A program made the translations under genes and the position numbers. A stretch of 63,315 bases of DNA, counting the filler, from Squatina squatina (lineage: Eukaryota): NCBI GenBank assembly GCA_031763465.1. It is 3 parts of 3 records of this genome, joined end to end, with 100 filler letters (N's around TTAATTAATTAA, not from the genome) between each part and the next. Parts side by side here need not be neighbours in the genome. Positions count along the whole stretch, not along the records: positions 1 to 24,934 come from JARFOE010000233.1; positions 25,035 to 48,378 come from JARFOE010000189.1; 1 more part is not named here. One strand, given 5' to 3'. This document shows positions 24,128-34,935 of the stretch, piece after piece. Position 1 is the stretch's first letter. Every line of letters starts with the position of its first letter. The notes under the pieces are model-generated. The model did not search any database. It saw only the letters and a program-made list of their open reading frames with translations, and was not told the DNA's origin.

Positions 24128-24222
24128 TCTACCCCTCTTCACCTGGCGGCTGGTTACAATCGTGTCCGGATTGTTCAACTCCTTCTCCAGCACGGAGCCG
24201 ATGTACACGCCAAGGACAAAGG
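24128..24222 (+). CDS. TNKS: Tankyrase-1 exon 6
   Basis: CAG|[31 protein letters not shown](G)|GTGAG, 95 nt. Confidence 0.93.
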
Positions 24223-24934
24223 GTGAGTTAAGGGCTGAATTTAACGTGTCATGTTAAAGTTATAAATCTCCAAGGCACTGAATGCATTTCAGAGCTATCA
24301 AAGGCCGTCACCTAATAACTTCATAGATGCTAACCCAGCAGAATCTTGCATTTCAGCAACTTGCAAAAATAGTAAGGCTGCATGGAGGAGCACTTTACGT
24401 GGGACTGTTTGGTACTTAAAACACAGCTAGATCTGTTGGGGATGGTAACTAGTAATATAAGTTAAGTACATTGATAACACATGGCCTTGGATTAATCTTC
24501 GTCCTGTACCAGATGTTTGCTCTTAAGCTCAACAGTTTTTTTTGAGAATACATTTTACTTGCCCACATTTTTCTGCAGACTATAGCAGCAATGTGTTTTC
24601 TGTAAAGATATGGCAGTGCAGCCTAGAGTGTAAACACACTGTCCAGTGACTTCTCACAGATGGCCTTACCTCTACCATCTTTCGACAAACCCAAATTACA
24701 TAAGAGTCACATTCCTTTGTTCTAACTTATTTTAGATCTCACTTTAAAATATAGGAAGACTCGTCACACCATGGTTCACTTCCTGACTGAGGCTGTATCC
24801 CTTGTGCAGTTTTCTAGGGGTGAGGCAGTAAAATACTGGGGAGGGGGGGGGGAAGTGAAGTGAAATTGGAGGCGCTATGCAAAAAGTTTGAGAGATTAGC
24901 ACCTCCAATCAGAGGCGCAATGACGTGCAAAATT

Positions 24935-25034
24935 NNNNNNNNNNNNNNNNNNNNNNNNNNNNNNNNNNNNNNNNNNNNTTAATTAATTAANNNNNNNNNN
25001 NNNNNNNNNNNNNNNNNNNNNNNNNNNNNNNNNN
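24935..25034. other. Artificial concatenation linker 44N-TTAATTAATTAA-44N
   Basis: Palindromic 12-mer with stops in all six frames, centred in exactly 100 bp; identical copy at 48379-48478. Confidence 0.95.
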
Positions 25035-25276
25035 TTGAAGTAATCATGAATTTATTCTACGCTCTCAAACTTTAAATTTTATTTCGGTCTTGTTTTGCCC
25101 GATCTCTAACAGCCTTGGTTCGAGTCATCATCGATTCATTGTCAACTTGTAATTCGCAGCTCTCTGAACCTCATATAATAATTGGCTCTGAGTATTCACA
25201 CCGCTCAGGGCCGGCATTTCATTCAGGGCACAAAACCAGCCGGATTCTGACCATCAGGCTTCATATTGTTAAATAA

Positions 25277-25282
25277 TTTATT
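25277..25282 (-). terminator. Candidate NKX6-2 polyadenylation signal
   Basis: AATAAA on the minus strand about 600 nt past the stop codon. Confidence 0.45.
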
Positions 25283-25881
25283 GGTAATACAAAGTTTATC
25301 CAACTATTGTGGACGCAATAATATTTCCTTCAAATCATCTTCAACAGAACGTTCAGAGGTTCCTTGGGATTTACTGGGGCGAAACTCCAAAACAAAAACC
25401 CTCCGAAGGAATTCACCATCACAGGCGAAAACAAAATATTAGCCTTTGAATGTAAATACACAAAAAACTTTACATTTAAATCTTTTTTTACAACAACACA
25501 AACGTGCATCTTAATATGTACAGCTACAGTTTTACTCTGCAATTTATACAAAAGGGATGAGCTCTGATTGTTATTCCTTAACACTGAAAATCCTAAGAAA
25601 AAAGACTGGGGGCTATTGAGACTGAGGGAGGACCGTAAGATCCAACTTCTCCAAACAGTTTTGTCTGCGCGTCAGTTTCAGTCCAAGTTATTTATATAAT
25701 CGAGCTGTAAGATAACTCCATAACTTATTCTGTAAAAAATATATACATCTCACATACATTGGGCTGTACAACACATATCACTTAATTCTGTGGAACACCG
25801 ATTTATTTTAAACGTTTTATTTTATACCCTGGTTAATTCAGCCTTTGAAGCTCTTCGTATATATATATATATTAAAGTTTG

Positions 25882-26136
25882 TCACAAAATCTCCGGGCTG
25901 TTGCTGTGTGGGTCCAGGATGGTCAGGGAGCTGGCGCTTTTGTGCTTTTTCAGTAATCGTGTGATTTTCTCGTCGTCTGAATTGGGATCGAGGGGTCTGT
26001 TGTACTCGTCCTCGTCTTCCTCATTTTCTGAGGTCTCTTTGAGTTTCTCGGTCTCTGAATCGTGCTTTTTCTTGGCTGTGGCCATTTCGGCCGCGTGCTT
26101 CTTCCTCCACTTGGTCCGCCGGTTCTGAAACCACAC
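25882..26136 (-). CDS. NKX6-2: Homeobox protein Nkx-6.2, last exon
   Basis: CAG|[33 protein letters not shown]...[23 protein letters not shown]: homeodomain helix 3 plus the NK6 C-terminal domain; TGA at 25884-25882. Confidence 0.93.
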   Translation of the reverse strand: MWFQNRRTKWRKKHAAEMATAKKKHDSETEKLKETSENEEDEDEYNRPLDPNSDDEKITRLLKKHKSASSLTILDPHSNSPEIL

Positions 26137-27647
26137 CTGTTGCCAAAATCAAATTAAATCAATAAATGGAGTGTGTTCGACTGCATTAAAACCATCGCCA
26201 TTTTAGCCATCCTACCAGCCTGGGTGTTTTCAACTATCCTGATGTTTTTTTTTGTTTAAAGCGTCAAAGTAAAACTACATCTATAATAAAGAATTTAACC
26301 ACTTTCCTAAATGTTAGAGATGGGAGGGGAACAGAGTTCCCCCTTTACCCAGTAGTTTACCAAAGGCTTTAAACTAAGTTAAATGCAACGCTGAGTGTAA
26401 CGGGGAGATTGTGACATGTTTTTGGTCCCAATCCCAGTCCCAGCAGGATCACGGTTTACACTGGACCAGCTATTACTTGCGTTATATTTCAATTTAGTAT
26501 TTCTGACACTCAAAAATCGGATTTAATAAGAGCAGATGAAATGGACAATCCAGTGAACGAGTCGCCTCCAATAGAACAGTTTGATTTTATGTATAACCCA
26601 GGTTTCTACAACATACATTTCACTGAAGTGGTTATGCAGAACCATTTTATTATTAACCTGTTTTTTAAGCAGTTTCCAGTCGCTTGAGTATCAAAAAACA
26701 AGCTTCAGTTTAAATCCCGGCCTGGTCAAAGCANNNNNNNNNNNNNNNNNNNNNNNNNNNNNNNNNNNNNNNNNNNNNNNNNNNNNNNNNNNNNNNNNNN
26801 NNNNNNNNNNNNNNNNNNNNNNNNNNNNNNNNNNNNNNNNNNNNNNNNNNNNNNNNNNNNNNNNNNNNNNNNNNNNNNNNNNNNNNNNNNNNNNNNNNNN
26901 NNNNNNNNNNNNNNNNNNNNNNNNNNNNNNNNNNNNNNNNNNNNNNNNNNNNNNNNNNNNNNNNNNNNNNNNNNNNNNNNNNNNNNNNNNNNNNNNNNNN
27001 NNNNNNNNNNNNNNNNNNNNNNNNNNNNNNNNNNNNNNNNNNNNNNNNNNNNNNNNNNNNNNNNNNNNNNNNNNNNNNNNNNNNNNNNNNNNNNNNNNNN
27101 NNNNNNNNNNNNNNNNNNNNNNNNNNNNNNNNNNNNNNNNNNNNNNNNNNNNNNNNNNNNNNNNNNNNNNNNNNNNNNNNNNNNNNNNNNNNNNNNNNNN
27201 NNNNNNNNNNNNNNNNNNNNNNNNNNNNNNNNNNNNNNNNNNNNNNNNNNNNNNNNNNNNNNNNNNNNNNNNNNNNNNNNNNNNNNNNNNNNNNNNNNNN
27301 NNNNNNNNNNNNNNNNNNNNNNNNNNNNNNNNNNNNNNNNNNNNNNNNNNNNNNNNNNNNNNNNNNNNNNNNNNNNNNNNNNNNNNNNNNNNNNNNNNNN
27401 NNNNNNNNNNNNNNNNNNNNNNNNNNNNNNNNNNNNNNNNNNNNNNNNNNNNNNNNNNNNNNNNNNNNNNNNNNNNNNNNNNNNNNNNNNNNNNNNNNNN
27501 NNNNNNNNNNNNNNNNNNNNNNNNNNNNNNNNNNNNNNNNNNNNNNNNNNNNNNNNNNNNNNNNNNNNNNNNNNNNNNNNNNNNNNNNNNNNNNNNNNNN
27601 NNNNNNNNNNNNNNNNNNNNNNNNNNNNNNNNNNNNNNNNNNNNNNN

Positions 27648-28028
27648 CTGCATCATTCCCGGCCAGAAGATGGGGGGTCTCCCCGGCAGTTCTGCAAGGG
27701 GCTTGGGGTACCTGGAGACGGCAGCTGCTGTCGGGTTAAAATACATCCCCGCCGTTGTGGCAAGCCCGTTGAGTCGAGGAAGTCCAGAGAGCAGATTGCC
27801 AGTCGTCGTAATAGGGCGGCCTAGAATGTCGCTAATTCCGTGCGGCGTCCCCAGTGGGATCTGTGCGTTCAAACTCGCCAGAGTCGGGGCTTTGAAGCTC
27901 GAGGGATTCTGCAAAGAGTAGGGAAATATAGATGCCTTCATTTCAGTCATATTATGAAGCGCAGCCAGCGGCGTACTGCTCAGGACGAATGCACTCTGGC
28001 GGTTATCCATCTGCCCGACGGCTAACAT
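27648..28028 (-). CDS. NKX6-2: Homeobox protein Nkx-6.2, exon 1 (3' end in gap)
   Basis: [31 protein letters not shown], eh1/TN motif [27 protein letters not shown]. Compact Nkx6.2-type N-terminus. Exon 2 presumably lies in the gap 26734-27647. Confidence 0.93.
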
Positions 28029-28279
28029 TTGATCAAATCATAGATTTGACAGGACCCACCGGTAAATGCTGCGAGATCTTGCAACGTGTTTTCTCTTGTT
28101 TTTAAAAAAAAAACTGGACCGGAGATCAATGTGCCCCTAATGGCAAATGTTATTATAATTTTTTTTTTCCAGAAGAATGTATCCAGTTGGAGAAATGTCC
28201 AAGAAGTCCCGGAGTAAAAGCTGCTCAAAGCTCTGGTATCTTGCCTGCACGCTTTCCCGGGTTTAAGGTGAAATTGACT

Positions 28280-28403
28280 GGATTCGATCGCTCGGGCGCG
28301 GGAGATGCGCTGATAAACCACAGCAGCACCTGCCACTCTCCCGTCCCGATTGGTCAACAGCGGCCACGGCCGCCCTGTGATTGGGCGAGCGCCTGCAATT
28401 CCT
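28280..28403 (-). promoter_or_regulatory. NKX6-2 proximal promoter
   Basis: Two CCAAT boxes on the minus strand (28349-28353, 28380-28384) in CpG-rich sequence about 320-355 nt upstream of the ATG. Confidence 0.6.
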
Positions 28404-28503
28404 NNNNNNNNNNNNNNNNNNNNNNNNNNNNNNNNNNNNNNNNNNNNNNNNNNNNNNNNNNNNNNNNNNNNNNNNNNNNNNNNNNNNNNNNNNNNNNNNN
28501 NNN

Positions 28504-28800
28504 TACTTTTAATGTAGGAAACATGGCAGTCAATTTGCAGACACAAAGTCCCACAAACAGTGATGTGATGTTGGTTGAGGAATAAACATTGGCCAGGACA
28601 CCTGGGAGAACTCCCCTGCTCTTCTTTGAAATAATGCCAGGGGATCTTTAATGTGGATCTGAGAGGGCAGATGGGGCCACCTGAAAGGCAGTCCCTCAGT
28701 ATTGCACTGAAGCACTGGCCTATATTTTTGTACTTAAGTCTCTGGAACCCATTATCTCCTGACTCCGAGGCGAGAGCTCTACCATTGAGCCAAGCCTGAC
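28504..28800 (-). mobile_element. Deu-domain SINE copy
   Basis: Reverse-complement similarity to 11157-11500, including the tRNA-like head GGCTCAATGGTAGAGC. Confidence 0.7.
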
Positions 28801-29096
28801 GCCCTAATGCAAGTATATGGACTTTCCCTTGCTGGTGCTGCTGCTCCTTATCTTCGAGCCCCAAATGGCAGAACATCTATGACAGCAGAAACTATCCAGA
28901 ATTGTAAAAACAGAAAACCTGCTGCACCTCCAAAAAGTGTGTAAAAGATGTCTTAAAGCACTGCTATTGTAGTCAAAACAGACCAAAAACAGACCGCCAA
29001 GTACCCTGGCAATCTGAAATAACTAACTGAAGACTTATCGCAATGGAGGTTAGGATCCCCTTAAATAACTGGCACAAACCAAATTCAGAAATGAGC

Positions 29097-30042
29097 CCTA
29101 AATCAGTCTAAGGACCTCGCGCAGCATAACATAATGGTGAATGCCCGATATTCTGGCAGCAGTCATGATGCCTTCATCCTGCACCAGTCTGTGGTGCCAG
29201 CAATCTTCCAGCCACCATGTCGAACCTAATGGTGGCTGATCGGAGACCAGGGCTATCCACGCAACACCTGGCTGATGACTCCCCTCTGCAACCCCACCAC
29301 TTGTGGCAAGCAATTATATAATGAGAGCCATGCTTCCACGAAGAACATCATCGAGCAGACCGTTGGGATGCTCAAGCAATAGTTTTGCTGTCTTGACCAC
29401 TCAGGAGCAGCTCTCCAGTAAGTGCCGGAGCAGGTGTCCCAATTCGTGGTGGTCTCCATAGTGTGGCCATTATGAGGGTGCAGTCCTTGACACCATGGGT
29501 TCCGCAACCACCACAGGAGGAGAAGGAAGAGGAGGAGGAGTTGGAGGAGGAAAGGAGGAGACAGCCAGTCCACGTTCTAGATGGGTTATCCGTGAGTACA
29601 TCATCTAACTCCGGGTCCAGTAAATGAAACCCCAGATCCCTGTTGCTCAACACTTCCCCCACCTTACCATCCCTCTTTCATGGAACATCACAGTGGCCTC
29701 TTGGCCAAAATGCTGAAATAAAAGCCACCACGAAACAAACAATCGAAACATAATTTTCAAGTGATTAATTCCAAAATTACATAACAAAGTCATCTAATCA
29801 CCGTAATACATTCACTTGCTGTCTGTCTGTCGTGCATCTTTGCCTATGTTAGTGCTCCTACAAAGTGCAACCCCAGTGGCTGCAGTATGGCTGGTGGAAG
29901 GCTGCTGACTTTCAGTGGGAGAGACTTCAGATGGCCTTGCAGGGCGACCTCGAGCAGTTCAGGGCCTAGAAGGCCTGGCTGTAGACTGCACCACCTCGGC
30001 ATGGGCTGCAGCATACTGGGCTTGCTGGCTGACAGGGAACGG
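29097..30042 (+). mobile_element. Harbinger element centre: transposase 3' end (+) converging on the Myb/SANT gene 3' end (-)
   Basis: [54 protein letters not shown] (DDE_Tnp_4-like). 29570-30042 aligns by eye with 35270-35740. Confidence 0.85.
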
Positions 30043-31941
30043 NNNNNNNNNNNNNNNNNNNNNNNNNNNNNNNNNNNNNNNNNNNNNNNNNNNNNNNNNN
30101 NNNNNNNNNNNNNNNNNNNNNNNNNNNNNNNNNNNNNNNNNNCTCTTGTCCTTTTTCATATACTTGTAGACGCTCTTACTGTCTGTTGTATTTCTTGCAT
30201 TTCTTGCTAGTTTACTCTTATAATCCCTTTCACCCTCTTTATTATTTTTTTAGTCATTCTTTGCTGGTTTCGAAAATTTTCCCAATCTTCTGGTCTACTA
30301 CTAATCTTTGCAACATTGTATGTCTTTATTTCAATTTGATGCCATATAGAGCCAATTTGTTTTGTTATTAGTGGGTGCTATCTTGTAGAAAATAATTCCA
30401 TAATTTATCATTATTTGTCACATTGTACAAATAAAATCTTCGCTTTTTTTATCAATGACTTGGTCAACAAGAATTGAAAACTTGCGCAATAGTTGCCTTG
30501 AAGCAATATTAATACTGTCAATATAGTCATATTAATGATAAATGCACCAGATATATGATGCAGCCAAGATGTTCCAAACAATTAACTTCACCTGGACTTG
30601 TTAGTCCTTAAAATCTTATATCTTGCCACTTTGATAGATGACTGCCGTTCTCTTCAGTTAAACATCATTAGTGGATAGATTAAGTCTTTCATATGTTCTG
30701 ATTGACTGACCACTAAACAATAATTTTTGTTGAAGCCTTGTATTCCAGAACCTATTTTTGAATATGATGGTGCACTATGAGAAACCAGTTGACTGACAAG
30801 TAATGTCCAATTTGCAGCAACTTGTGGAGCAGGCTTTTGACTCAACTTTTAATGAGCTCTGCTTGCTGTGCCAGTTTCGCACCAACTGAAGACTGCACTA
30901 TATGGTAATGGGAAGGTCTCTGCAGCTGGAACTCTGAAAGATAAATTTCTAATTAAGCCTCTGACTTAAAAAAAATAAGATAGTTATTCAGTGTATCCAA
31001 CAACAATCAATATCATTTACTATTCTATCTGTGGATAAATGATAACTATGTTTTTTATAATTGCTCCTTTGTGTACATTGGCTCAAAACTAACAGCAGTA
31101 ATTGGATTTCAATCCAATTAGATTAGGGGAGAGACTACTTTTGGTAAACATAGATGAACAAGCAGTTGAACATGAGGGAAGAAATAATGATCAGCNNNNN
31201 NNNNNNNNNNNNNNNNNNNNNNNNNNNNNNNNNNNNNNNNNNNNNNNNNNNNNNNNNNNNNNNNNNNNNNNNNNNNNNNNNNNNNNNNNNNNNNNATGGC
31301 CTTTTTAAGTGTAATACTTTATGTTCTTATGACCCAAGAACTCAGCTCAGCCAAATCACAATCAGCTTAAGAGGATGTAATACTTTTTGTAAATTGAAAG
31401 GGTCAGTTATGTCAGCAACATGATGATGGTGTGTTGTTCACATTCCAACTGAAATGGTTCACTGAGCCCATAGGGCAAGTAAGATAAAATCAGCAATGCT
31501 AGCTTTGTGTACAGACAGGAAAGTACTTGGCCTCTTGAAAAAAAATTCAGCAAGGATAAGATTCTGAGAGAAACAGCTGCTAAAATGTTCTGTAGTTAAT
31601 TGGAAATCAAATTTGCTATCTACTTTGTACAATCCCTTTTTGACACTTCTGTAACTGCTATAATGAATGCCCAGAGTTGCTCTGAAAGTTAATCTCACTG
31701 TTATTCATAAGTAGACACATGTGATTTATTCAATGGGATTAAGAGATTAGTAAGATTGGATTAATCACTACTAATGTTGATTGTAATGCAGTTAAATTAA
31801 ATAGTGGCTGCAAAATCACAGCTGGATTTTTCCGAAGTGACTTGGTGGGCTACAATAAGGAAAGTGATAATTTATGAAACTAGGTTGTAAGAAGAAGAAA
31901 ATAAACTAAAATAGTCAGGTGGTCAAAAACGAAAAAGTAAT

Positions 31942-32079
31942 GGGCGCCCATTTGGCATTTCGGCGCTAGCGCTAAATGAGCGTAGAACGTGTGTTAGGGG
32001 TCTAACACCTGTTTCTGGCGCTAAATTAAAATGTGCGCAATTGGCCGCAGTTTAGCGCCGCGCTAAACGGGCGCTAACT
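31942..32079. mobile_element. GC-rich TIR element end (MITE family B)
   Basis: gggcgcccatttggcatttcggcgctagcgctaaatgagcgtag is homologous to the copy starting at 42588; ends in a gap. Confidence 0.55.
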
Positions 32080-32263
32080 NNNNNNNNNNNNNNNNNNNNN
32101 NNNNNNNNNNNNNNNNNNNNNNNNNNNNNNNNNNNNNNNNNNNNNNNNNNNNNNNNNNNNNNNNNNNNNNNNNNNNNNNAAATGGCCTACTCCTGCTCCT
32201 ATTTTCTATGTTTCTAGTACACTTCCTGTCTAAAGCTGCTGACTTTTACTGTGTTTTCCATAG

Positions 32264-32503
32264 GTGGCAAATACTCAAGGGAGGCTGGGAGTTGCGAGGA
32301 AGCCTGAAAAGCAAGTCACCAGGATGGTAATTGTCATGATATTGGCATTTCTTTTCTGCTGGTCCCCGTATGCAGCTTTCTCCATAACTGTGACTGCTTG
32401 TCCAACCATCGAGTTAGATCCACGGCTGGCAGCAATACCAGCTTTTTTCTCAAAAACCGCCACAGTTTATAATCCAGTCATTTATGTGTTCATGAACAGA
32501 CAG
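32264..32503 (+). CDS. Vertebrate ancient (VA) opsin, exon 4 (TM6-TM7)
   Basis: TAG|VANTQGRLGVARKPEKQVTRMVIVMILAFLFCWSPYAAF...DPRLAAIPAFFSKTATVYNPVIYVFMNRQ|GTATG, 240 nt like ciliary-opsin exon 4. Retinal-binding Lys in SKT and NPxxY present; the GRL..ARKPE loop is VA-specific. Lies between NKX6-2 and CFAP46. Confidence 0.9.
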
Positions 32504-33056
32504 GTATGTTTTTATTTTGCTCTAATCTACAATGTAACAATGATAATGTCTAGATTTGTTGATAATACTAACATATGCAGTCAGCAACCATGAGTCAGCA
32601 ACCATGATGACAATCTGACATGCAGCTATTCAGATTATATTGATTGTATTGCACTGCAATGGTTAAAATAGTTGACATAAACAGGTAAAAGCATTTTGCC
32701 GATTCAACAGAAAGATCAGATCAGTTGTTGCAGTGCAATGTTTCCACCATGGTGATAACATTTATGTAACCATTCTGCTAATCATTTCTTAAACCACAAA
32801 GTAACAAAACACATTGGCCCTGAAATTGCGATTGGAGGCATCCTGCGTGCAGTTGCCTCCAATTGCAAAATAAGTTACGTACTTACCTAAGGGTCCTGGA
32901 CCCTTGTGACCGTGCGATATTCAGCACCCACCGAGTTGGAGATTCGGAGCGGGGCTNNNNNNNNNNNNNNNNNNNNNNNNNNNNNNNNNNNNNNNNNNNN
33001 NNNNNNNNNNNNNNNNNNNNNNNNNNNNNNNNNNNNNNNNNNNNNNNNNNNNNNNN

Positions 33057-33440
33057 AGGCTGACTGGCCTATAATTACTCGATTACAAGATTAGCAGTCG
33101 TCCAGCACCACACCAGTAGCCAGAGAGGATTGAAAATGATGGTCAGAGCCTCTGCTATTTCCCCTCTTACTTCTTTTAACAGCCTGAGATACATTTCATC
33201 GGGCCTGGGGATTTGTCCACTTTCAGAGATGCTAAACCCCTTCATACTTTCTCTTTCACTATGTTGATTTCATCTAATATTTCACCCTCCTCCCCCTGAT
33301 TTCAATGTCTATGTCGTCCCTCTCCTTTGTGAAAACAGACACAAAGTATTCATGAAGAACCATACTCGTGTCTTCCATCTCCACACACAGCTCACCTTCA
33401 TGGTCCCTAATAGGCCCCACTCTTTCTTTGGTAATCCACT
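33057..33440 (-). mobile_element. Decayed CR1 LINE fragment
   Basis: Minus strand encodes a K..KSPGPDEMYLRLLKEVRGEIAEAL-like segment. Confidence 0.65.
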
Positions 33441-33994
33441 TGCTCCTAATGTAATGGCAGGCACACAGGAGGCCCCTTGGTGTTGGAAAATAAGGAAAGC
33501 CCTTCGGCAGTTTTGGTCGAAGAACGCAGTATGTGAAAGTTCTTGACTCTCCACAGGAACATTTCTCTGTTTTATCTTGTATCTGACTACGGATATACAG
33601 GCTGTTTCTCTTTATGTCTCCAGGATTTTGACACTTACTTTAACGAGCTAAGCAGGCCCATTCATTGCCAGATTATCCAATATACAGTCATTTTGTTTCA
33701 AGGAGATACCTGAATTAATGATCCTTTGAAGNNNNNNNNNNNNNNNNNNNNNNNNNNNNNNNNNNNNNNNNNNNNNNNNNNNNNNNNNNNNNNNNNNNNN
33801 NNNNNNNNNNNNNNNNNNNNNNNNNNNNNNNCTAAATTTACACTTCTTGGTCTCATATAGCCACAAACATTAAAAAGTCCAATTGGGCACCTACCAAATT
33901 TATTTTAAAATTCTGAACATATTGGGGCCCCAATCCGTCTGACCTCATGCCCTGTGTAAAATCAGCATAGAGGCCTAAATTTATAAAATGATTT

Positions 33995-34220
33995 ATTGGG
34001 CCTGGTGCCCCGGCGGCGTATAGGCCCCTCTGCCAGGGACGCAGTCAGCGCCCCCTAGCCGGCCCTGAGAGGAAGTGGAACGTGCGACATTGCGCTCCAC
34101 TTCCTGTCAGGGACAGTAAGCATAACTTCAACTCTGGGGTGGGACTTCTGCACCGGGTGCAGAATGTCCGGCCTTGGAAAGGTCACCAGCCCCAATGGGG
34201 GCAATACGCAATTTCGGCCC
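33995..34220. mobile_element. GC-rich TIR element end with internal palindrome (MITE family C)
   Basis: Ends GCAATTTCGGCCCC; contains GGAAGTGGA..TCCACTTCC; related to 44213-44473. Confidence 0.55.
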
Positions 34221-34318
34221 CATCGCAAGTTTAGAAACAGAATATAGCCCCTACACTAGCTCAATAAAAAGCTAACAAAGGAAACACTTTAAAAGAAAGA
34301 TATAACTGTTTTGCTTAC

Positions 34319-34416
34319 CTGTCTTCAGAATGCTGAAGAACGATTATATTAAAGTTAGAAGGAAATTCATTTAGAAAATTGAGGTGCTGTGGTTGAATGG
34401 TGACATTTTTCCATGC
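34319..34416 (-). CDS. CFAP46: CFAP46 (TTC40) internal exon
   Basis: CAG|AWKNVTIQPQHLNFLNEFPSNFNIIVLQHSED(R)|GTAAG; resembles the recalled CFAP46 C-terminal half. Confidence 0.7.
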
Positions 34417-34935
34417 CTGTAAAGAATTGGGGAAAAATGGAAAAAGTGGTTTTATATGTCTGTTATTAAGGAAATGAACAATGCTATCTGTTTATACCTA
34501 AATGTAAGCCTCATCAGACATATAATTTCCTTGTTTTTTTGACTGATGATGTTATTCTTGTGCTGGTGACTGGAATGTGCTGAAGTACAGATTATTGGAT
34601 AACATAATAGGTAAGGCTAGTGATTTCTCACAGTGTGATATCTCACAAAACATCACATGATCTTTGTAATTTACAGTAACCTCCAAAGTGGCCACTCGCC
34701 ACTTCCCAATCTCAACCTCACCCCACCCCCGATCGCTCTCCCATTCCTGGTCACCCTCTTCCAATCACCTTCTCTTTAAAGACTTATTCGAGAGCCACTA
34801 ACAGTGAAGCAGTGGCTTGAAATTTCAATGACCTTNNNNNNNNNNNNNNNNNNNNNNNNNNNNNNNNNNNNNNNNNNNNNNNNNNNNNNNNNNNNNNNNN
34901 NNNNNNNNNNNNNNNNNNNNNNNNNNNNNNNNNNN

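Noticed and set aside
26581-27921. Long ORFs made mostly of X (also 38848-39828, 57026-57547 and others)
   Set aside because: Artefacts of translating through N runs.
24222-28028. TNKS adjacent to NKX6-2 as a preserved 8p/10q paralogon junction
   Set aside because: The two are separated by an artificial concatenation linker.
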